Source: an uncultured Acidobacteriota bacterium
GTDB lineage: Bacteria > Acidobacteriota > UBA6911
Direction: 5' to 3'
Assembly (NCBI GenBank): GCA_963827655.1
Contig: CAWHCF010000017.1
Span: 1 to 64,000 of the forward strand
Length of the DNA: 64,000 nt
This document shows, piece after piece, positions 58,477 through 64,000 of this stretch; the stretch's first letter is position 1; each line of letters begins with the position of its first letter. Below the pieces are notes generated by a model. It had not been told where the DNA came from. It was given only the letters and a program-made list of their open reading frames with translations, and did not search any database. Both the position numbers and the translations under genes were made by a program.

Positions 58477-59550
58477 TCAGCTGTCTTTGGACTGATAACC
58501 TTTCCGAGTCAGAATCTTGACCTTGTCAGGCTTTCCGTCGTTGTTGATGTCCGCGACTACGTCTACCTTTATCTTCCTGTATTTCCCGTCCTTTTTGGTA
58601 TTTGAGGAGGCGTAGGCCACGCTGTATTGACTGCGCAGCATGACGGAGACGTTGTTGAAAATGCTCGGGAACTCCGTGACGAAACGCGGGAAGTAAGCCT
58701 CTCCTCCGGTGAATTCCGCAAATGATCGCAGCCGATTATCCGACATCAGCAATTCCAGATTGGTTTCAGGGCCGATATAGCCGGCGGCGTCGGCGCGAAT
58801 CCGAAAGTTCTGCCCCAGACCTATGGCGTAAACGCTGGCGTTGGCGGCCTTGCACCTCTTCAAGGCCTCGTCGTAGGTGTGTTTGGAAAAGGTATCCAGC
58901 CCCGTTGAGACCAGCAATACCGCCACTTTTCCATCAATCTCCTCCGTGCGATCCAGGGTATCGATGAGCGCGTCGGAAAGATTGCTTTCGCTGAAAGCAG
59001 GATAGTTGAACCGCGCCAGGGCTTCGTGGAGCTTCTGGCGATCTTGCGTGAAGTCGCTGAGGATCGTCGGTCGCATGTCGTAGCCGATGACAGCCACCCA
59101 GTCTCCCGGTCGCAGAGTCTTGGCGAAACCGTAAATCGCCTCCCACACTTCGTAGATGAACCAGGAAACCTGCTTGCTGTACTCCACCAGCATCACCACC
59201 GTTATGTTGGCGTCCACCGGGGCGAAGTGGCTGATCTCCTGCTTGACGTTGTCTTCGTAAACGGTAAAGTGTTCCGGTCTCAAACCGGTTATGACGTTTC
59301 CTTTCGGATCGGTTACCAGGACCTGGAGCGATACCAGATCAACGGCGACCGAAATGGCAGTTTGGCCTTTGGGCCGGTCCTGGTCTTGCTCGCCAGCCGC
59401 CGGCTTGGATGTTCGCTGAGGCGGACCTTGTTTCTTGGGCGGGTCCTGCGCGAATGCGCTCGGGGCGCCCGGCGGCAGCGATGAATCGCTGGTTGTCGAC
59501 ACGATCGAAGCCGCAAGAACAATCAAGAGCAAAAATGTGATCGATTTCAC
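58477..59550 (-). CDS. VWA domain protein (Acidobacterial type), degenerate MIDAS
   Basis: ISVAVDLVSL...YEDNVKQEI, LVEYS, STGLD, TGGEAYFP, QYSVAY. Confidence 0.88.
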   Translation of the reverse strand: MKSITFLLLIVLAASIVSTTSDSSLPPGAPSAFAQDPPKKQGPPQRTSKPAAGEQDQDRPKGQTAISVAVDLVSLQVLVTDPKGNVITGLRPEHFTVYEDNVKQEISHFAPVDANITVVMLVEYSKQVSWFIYEVWEAIYGFAKTLRPGDWVAVIGYDMRPTILSDFTQDRQKLHEALARFNYPAFSESNLSDALIDTLDRTEEIDGKVAVLLVSTGLDTFSKHTYDEALKRCKAANASVYAIGLGQNFRIRADAAGYIGPETNLELLMSDNRLRSFAEFTGGEAYFPRFVTEFPSIFNNVSVMLRSQYSVAYASSNTKKDGKYRKIKVDVVADINNDGKPDKVKILTRKGYQSKDS

Positions 59551-59710
59551 GACCTATCCTCCCCTGGGACAGAGTGGATTTTCCATGGGGCGAATGGTAA
59601 CACAATCCGGCAGTGTTATGAAAGAAAGCTGAGATTTGGAAGCTTTGGGTGCGGGAGAGACACCTGCGCAGCGCGAAAAAGAGAAGTCGCAAAGAGTTTC
59701 TCCAAACTAT

Positions 59711-59740
59711 TTGACCTTGGAAATTCAGGGTGACTATAAT
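59711..59740 (+). promoter_or_regulatory. sigma70-type promoter
   Basis: TTGACC-18 bp-TATAAT upstream of the LysW-like gene. Confidence 0.65.
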
Positions 59741-59777
59741 TCGGACGTTTTTCATGAAATGCGTATCGGAGGTAATC

Positions 59778-60035
59778 GTGAGCTACTGCCCCGAATGTGA
59801 GGCTGCAATCGATGATACTGAGATCGACGATGTCGGGGAAGTCCTTCCCTGCCCGGAGTGCGGCGTGGAACTTGAAGTAGTTTCCGTAGATCCTGTCGAA
59901 TTCGACCTCGCGCCGATGGATGAGGACGAAGACGACGAGGATGAATATGACTTCGACGAAACGGATGAAGAAGAGGAGTGGGACGATGAGAATTCCCACG
60001 ACGATGAAGATGAAGATGACGAAGATAAGTACTAG
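59778..60035 (+). CDS. LysW-like zinc-ribbon protein with a long acidic tail
   Basis: GGAGG RBS and GTG start; CPEC...GEVLPCPECGVELEVVSVDPVEFD; D/E-rich tail without EDWGE. Confidence 0.85.
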   Translation: MSYCPECEAAIDDTEIDDVGEVLPCPECGVELEVVSVDPVEFDLAPMDEDEDDEDEYDFDETDEEEEWDDENSHDDEDEDDEDKY

Positions 60036-60119
60036 AATTATCCCTGCATGAGTCTGGCCTCCGTTTTATCGCATCTAAAAATCCAGCAACTCGGGGTTGT
60101 TATCCAAGAGGATTACTAG

Positions 60120-60818
60120 GTGCTGAATCATCTTAAGCTCCTGGTGTGGGACCTGGATTACCTCGTCTTCGACTGTTCAGCGCTCAAAGTTTCAGCTTTG
60201 CGCCAGAGCCTTATCTCATTTGCCGAATCGATTCCACAGAGTGTCCGCCTTCCTGATGCCATCGATGCCGAAGGGGGTTATCTCGACTATGGATTTCGCT
60301 GGCCCCAGTTTCTTGAGATTGGTCTTGATGAGGAGCGATTGGGGCAGTTTCAACGCGCCTTCCACATCCACCAGGACCGCTATGTTCAAGCCGGTGTGGG
60401 CCGGGTTTATCCTGGAGTGCATGATTTTCTGATGGATTGCCGGAAGGGGGACATCCGCCTGGCGCTGGGCGCCGAGGCGAGCCGCGACTATCTCCTGGCC
60501 GTCACGGATCAACACAGACTCGACAACATATTCGATATGGCGCTGTGCACCGAGGAATTCGGTGTAGGTAGCGCCGACGAGATGTTCGAGGAAATCATGA
60601 ACCACACCGAGGTCTATCCGAGCGAAACCCTGGTGCTTGGAACCCGTCCGGCCTTTTTTCAGGCGGCGCACAACCTCGACCTGCTTACGGTTGGCTGCGG
60701 GTGGGGGCTGCGCCAGCAATACCGGCTCGCCGAAGCCGATCTGCAGGCGCCTGCGCTGTCGCATCTGCACGCGGTCATCGAGCAGGCCGACCACCTCTCT
60801 AATCGTTACTCGAGCTGA
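60120..60818 (+). CDS. HAD-superfamily protein (phosphoglycolate phosphatase-like, degenerate)
   Basis: LLVWDLD motif I, VYPGV; motifs III and IV altered (VLGTRPAFFQAA). Confidence 0.75.
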   Translation: MLNHLKLLVWDLDYLVFDCSALKVSALRQSLISFAESIPQSVRLPDAIDAEGGYLDYGFRWPQFLEIGLDEERLGQFQRAFHIHQDRYVQAGVGRVYPGVHDFLMDCRKGDIRLALGAEASRDYLLAVTDQHRLDNIFDMALCTEEFGVGSADEMFEEIMNHTEVYPSETLVLGTRPAFFQAAHNLDLLTVGCGWGLRQQYRLAEADLQAPALSHLHAVIEQADHLSNRYSS

Positions 60819-60835
60819 TTCCCGACAGAATCTAA

Positions 60836-60984
60836 GGGTTCGCGCAGAAATAAGTTCGCATTCTGCTGCAGGCCCCCAGACCCGCTGGCGAGGCGCGATC
60901 CTCAGCGTGCTTAGCGAACAGAAACCGGTTCATGATTAGCACCGATTCTCGCGCCAGAATGTGAAGTTATTTTTGCGCGAGCCC
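60836..60984 (+). mobile_element. MITE, complete, with TAA target duplication
   Basis: TAA-GGGTTCGCGCAGAAATAAG...TTATTTTTGCGCGAGCCC-TAA. Confidence 0.9.
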
Positions 60985-61048
60985 TAAAGGGCGCAAAGAA
61001 GGGCAGAGAACTTTTGTGTCCTGGTGTCTTCGTGGTAAAGTGTGACCC

Positions 61049-61867
61049 ATGGAACTGCATGAAAAGGAAGCCAGACTGGAAGCCCTGCTCAAGGAGCTCT
61101 CTCCGGTCATGGTGGCGTTCAGCGGGGGAGTGGATAGCTCGTACCTCGCGTATAAGGCCCACCAGGTTTTGGGCGACCGGGCGCTGGCCATCACGGCAGA
61201 GAGTCCCTCGGTTCCTTCGCATCAGCGCAAGATGGCACTCCAGGTGGCCTCGCAGTTCGGGTTCCTCCACGAGATCATTCATACGGATGAAGTAACCCGC
61301 GACGATTATCGAGAGAACTCCCCGAATCGCTGCTACTTTTGCAAGGATGAGCTGTACAGCAGGCTCGCGGCGTTGGCGAAGGAACGCGGATTTTCCGCCA
61401 TAGTCGATGGACTGAATGCGGACGATCTGGGAGATTTTCGGCCCGGGCGCAAGGCAGCCCGCGAACAGGGAGTACGGAGTCCCCTGGTCGAGGCCGGGCT
61501 GCGCAAGGAGGAAATCCGCGAGCTGTCGCGGCGCGCAGGTCTCCCGACTGCAGACCAGCCTGCCTCGGCTTGCCTTTCTTCTCGTTTCCCATACGGTATC
61601 CAAATAACCGAGGAGAAACTGGCCATCGTGGACCGCGGAGAAGAGTCGCTGCGAGAAATGGGCTTCCGCGTGTTCAGGGTGCGGCACCACGAGGATACTG
61701 TACGGCTCGAATTCGGACCTGAGGATCTCAACCGCGCGCTCGATTTCGAAATGGCGAAGAAACTGACCTCCGTGTTCAAGCGCCTGGGATACAAATACGT
61801 AACGCTGGACCTGGAAGGATACCGCAGCGGTTCGCTCAACGAGGTGCTGGTCCGTAGCATTGATTAG
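61049..61867 (+). CDS. larE: LarE-family ATP-dependent sulfur transferase
   Basis: AFSGGVDSS PP-loop, RCYFCK, DFRPG, SACLSSRFPYG, RVRHH, GYRSGSLN. Confidence 0.92.
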   Translation: MELHEKEARLEALLKELSPVMVAFSGGVDSSYLAYKAHQVLGDRALAITAESPSVPSHQRKMALQVASQFGFLHEIIHTDEVTRDDYRENSPNRCYFCKDELYSRLAALAKERGFSAIVDGLNADDLGDFRPGRKAAREQGVRSPLVEAGLRKEEIRELSRRAGLPTADQPASACLSSRFPYGIQITEEKLAIVDRGEESLREMGFRVFRVRHHEDTVRLEFGPEDLNRALDFEMAKKLTSVFKRLGYKYVTLDLEGYRSGSLNEVLVRSID

Positions 61868-61978
61868 GCCGCCCGCCCTCCGACGGTTTCGCGCGCAACT
61901 AGCGTTTCTTCGTGTCTCTGTGGTTAGTGCCGCTGATTAAACTCAACCGCGAAGACCGGCAGAAGTCGCCAGGATTTC

Positions 61979-63703
61979 ATGAAGGCCGATTCGAAACTTA
62001 GCCCGCTTCTGCGTTTTTCTCTTCTCAGCACTTTCGTCGCTGTCTGTGTGGCTCTTCCCCTGGGCGCGGGCGCCTCAAAGGCCCCGGTGCGCAGCATGCG
62101 CGGAATGGTAGTTTCGACCGAGGTGCGCGCGAGCCGCGCCGGGGTAGAAATACTGAAGCAAGGGGGCAATGCGGTCGACGCTGCTGTGGCCGTGGGGTTC
62201 ATGCTGGCTGTGACTCACCCGTCCGCAGGCAATCTGGGCGGCGGGGGGTTCATGATGATCCGGATGAGCAAGACCGGCGAGACCGTGGCGGTCGACTACC
62301 GCGAAATGGCGCCCGCCGGGGCCAGCCGCACGATGTACCTGGACAAGGAGGGTAATACGACCCCGGAAGCTTCGACCGTCGGGTATCGGGCGATCGCGGT
62401 GCCAGGCACCGTGGCAGGCTTGTCGCTGGCGTTGGAGAAGTATGGGACCATGAGACTCCCCCAGGTGATGGCGCCCTCGATCGAACTGGCCCGAGCGGGG
62501 TTGGAACTGAGCTACTTCGAGAGCGAATCGCTCAAGACCGCGAGAAAGCTTCTAAGCCGATTTCCCGAAACCATGCGGCTCTACCTGCGCGATGGCAACT
62601 ACTATTCCGAGGGGGAAACCTTTGTCCAGCCCGATCTGGCGCGATGCCTCGAGCTGATTGCGCGCAACGGCCCTCGTGAGTTCTACGAAGGTTCTATCGC
62701 TCAGCTAATAGTCAAGGATATGCAGGCCAATGGTGGTCTGATCACGGTCGACGATTTGAAAGCGTATCGTTCGACGGTGCGCAAGCCCATCGAGGGGACT
62801 TACCGCGGATATCGGATTTTTTCGATGCCGCCACCGAGCTCTGGCGGAATCGCCCTGGTGGAGATGCTCAATATCCTGGAAGCTTATCCGCTCGCGGACT
62901 ACGGCCAGGGAGCCAGCCGCACACTTCACCTTCTTGCCGAGGCTATGAAGCGCGCCTTCGCCGATCGCGCGGAGTATCTGGGAGACCCCGACTTCGTCCG
63001 AATCCCGATCGCGGGGCTGATTTCCAAACGGTACGCCGCGGAGCGCCGCGCGACGATCGACCCTTTTCTGGCGTCTGATTCCTCCAAACTTGGGTATGGC
63101 AAGCCTGGGGACTACGAATCTGAGCAGACCACGCATTTTTCCATCGTTGATGCCGCCGGTAATGTCGTGGCCAACACCTATACGCTCAACGGCGGTTACG
63201 GATCGGGAGTGACCATTCCGGGAACGGGCATTCTGATGAACAACGAGATGGACGATTTCAGCTCCAGACCCGGCGCTCCCAACGCCTATGGTCTGGTGCA
63301 CGGCGAGGCCAATTCCATCGCGCCGCGTAAGCGCCCGCTCAGTGCCATGTCTCCCACGATTGTCGTCAAAGACGACAAGCCGCTCCTGGTTCTAGGAAGT
63401 CCGGGCGGCCCCACCATCATCAATACTGTGCTCCAGACGTTGATCAACACGATCGACTTTCAGCTTACCGTTCAGGAAGCCGTGGACGCCCCCCGCATCC
63501 ATCACCAGTGGATGCCTGACAAGCTCGTGATCGAGCGAATCGGATTTGCTCAGGACGTGATGGACGCATTGAAAGCGCGCGGACACTCTTTAGAGCTGCG
63601 CCGCAGCATCGGCGACTGCCATGCGATCATGATCGATTCCAAGACTGGAGTGCGCCTGGGGGCCGCCGACCCTCGTATGGACGGGGTTGCGATAGGCTAC
63701 TGA
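61979..63703 (+). CDS. ggt: Gamma-glutamyltransferase
   Basis: GGNAVDAAVA, PPPSSGG, TTHFS (autocleavage Thr), NNEMDDF, PLSAMSP, GSPGG. Confidence 0.96.
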   Translation: MKADSKLSPLLRFSLLSTFVAVCVALPLGAGASKAPVRSMRGMVVSTEVRASRAGVEILKQGGNAVDAAVAVGFMLAVTHPSAGNLGGGGFMMIRMSKTGETVAVDYREMAPAGASRTMYLDKEGNTTPEASTVGYRAIAVPGTVAGLSLALEKYGTMRLPQVMAPSIELARAGLELSYFESESLKTARKLLSRFPETMRLYLRDGNYYSEGETFVQPDLARCLELIARNGPREFYEGSIAQLIVKDMQANGGLITVDDLKAYRSTVRKPIEGTYRGYRIFSMPPPSSGGIALVEMLNILEAYPLADYGQGASRTLHLLAEAMKRAFADRAEYLGDPDFVRIPIAGLISKRYAAERRATIDPFLASDSSKLGYGKPGDYESEQTTHFSIVDAAGNVVANTYTLNGGYGSGVTIPGTGILMNNEMDDFSSRPGAPNAYGLVHGEANSIAPRKRPLSAMSPTIVVKDDKPLLVLGSPGGPTIINTVLQTLINTIDFQLTVQEAVDAPRIHHQWMPDKLVIERIGFAQDVMDALKARGHSLELRRSIGDCHAIMIDSKTGVRLGAADPRMDGVAIGY

Positions 63704-63744
63704 TCCTGGAGTTTCTTCGTGTCTTAGCGGTATTTGTTCCGCAT

Positions 63745-64000
63745 TTAAGATTGGGGCTTCGCGGCGAAGTAGCCCTTTCGATACCGGAGATGGTGGGTAG
63801 GATCCGCGCCGTCAAGAACGACTTTCACTCGCCGAAAGGCGCCGTCGCGCGCGGGATTGGAAGAGATAAAACCGATGCTGTACTGGTTGCGGAGTTCGTG
63901 GGCGATCTCGGACACGATGCGCGTTCATCTCGGCTACTTTTTGCGGGAAGAATGCCTTCCCGCCGGTCTCGTCCGAAATCTTTTGCAGAGCGTCGCGCGC
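63745..64000 (-). CDS. C-terminus of another VWA domain protein (partial, frameshift near 63920)
   Basis: Minus strand ARDALQKISDETGGKAFFP...IAHELRNQYSIGF...DGAFRRVKV...YRKGYFA*; absent from the ORF track. Confidence 0.8.

Overview
GC-rich bacterial chromosomal window, very likely Acidobacteriota (inferred from three VWFA-related Acidobacterial-type proteins, TrbI/glycine-zipper secreted proteins and an OmpA-PKD fusion). Most of it is housekeeping or envelope genes: mtnBDC methionine salvage, pgi/pmi-pgm-PDRP-dapF-M20, ccsA-hemACD, site-2 protease-scpAB-rluB-ribE, ribBA-like plus ribA, ubiX, metG, larE and ggt. The left end is a probable integrated island downstream of tRNA-Asp. About a dozen single-base frameshifts split otherwise intact genes, most likely from long-read indel errors. 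The main points of interest are: (1) a rhodanese with an in-frame TGA in a C-x-U active-site loop followed by a SECIS-like hairpin (a selenoprotein truncated by the ORF track); (2) a DapF with both catalytic Cys replaced by Ser; (3) a paralogous pair of uncharacterised proteins in the tRNA island, only one of which has a pore-former-like Ser/Gly hairpin; (4) tandem ~1000-aa secreted metzincin-like proteins with QExGH instead of HExxH; (5) a modular MITE family with ~30-bp TIRs and TAA/TTA target duplications; (6) a LysW-like zinc ribbon with a long acidic tail in place of EDWGE; (7) a four-repeat Pho box upstream of a nested phosphatase/phytase-like fusion; (8) a 41-aa in-frame deletion remnant of an aldehyde dehydrogenase. 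No CRISPR array, rRNA or intact transposase/integrase was seen. All calls come from reading the sequence and recalling motifs; no searches were run.
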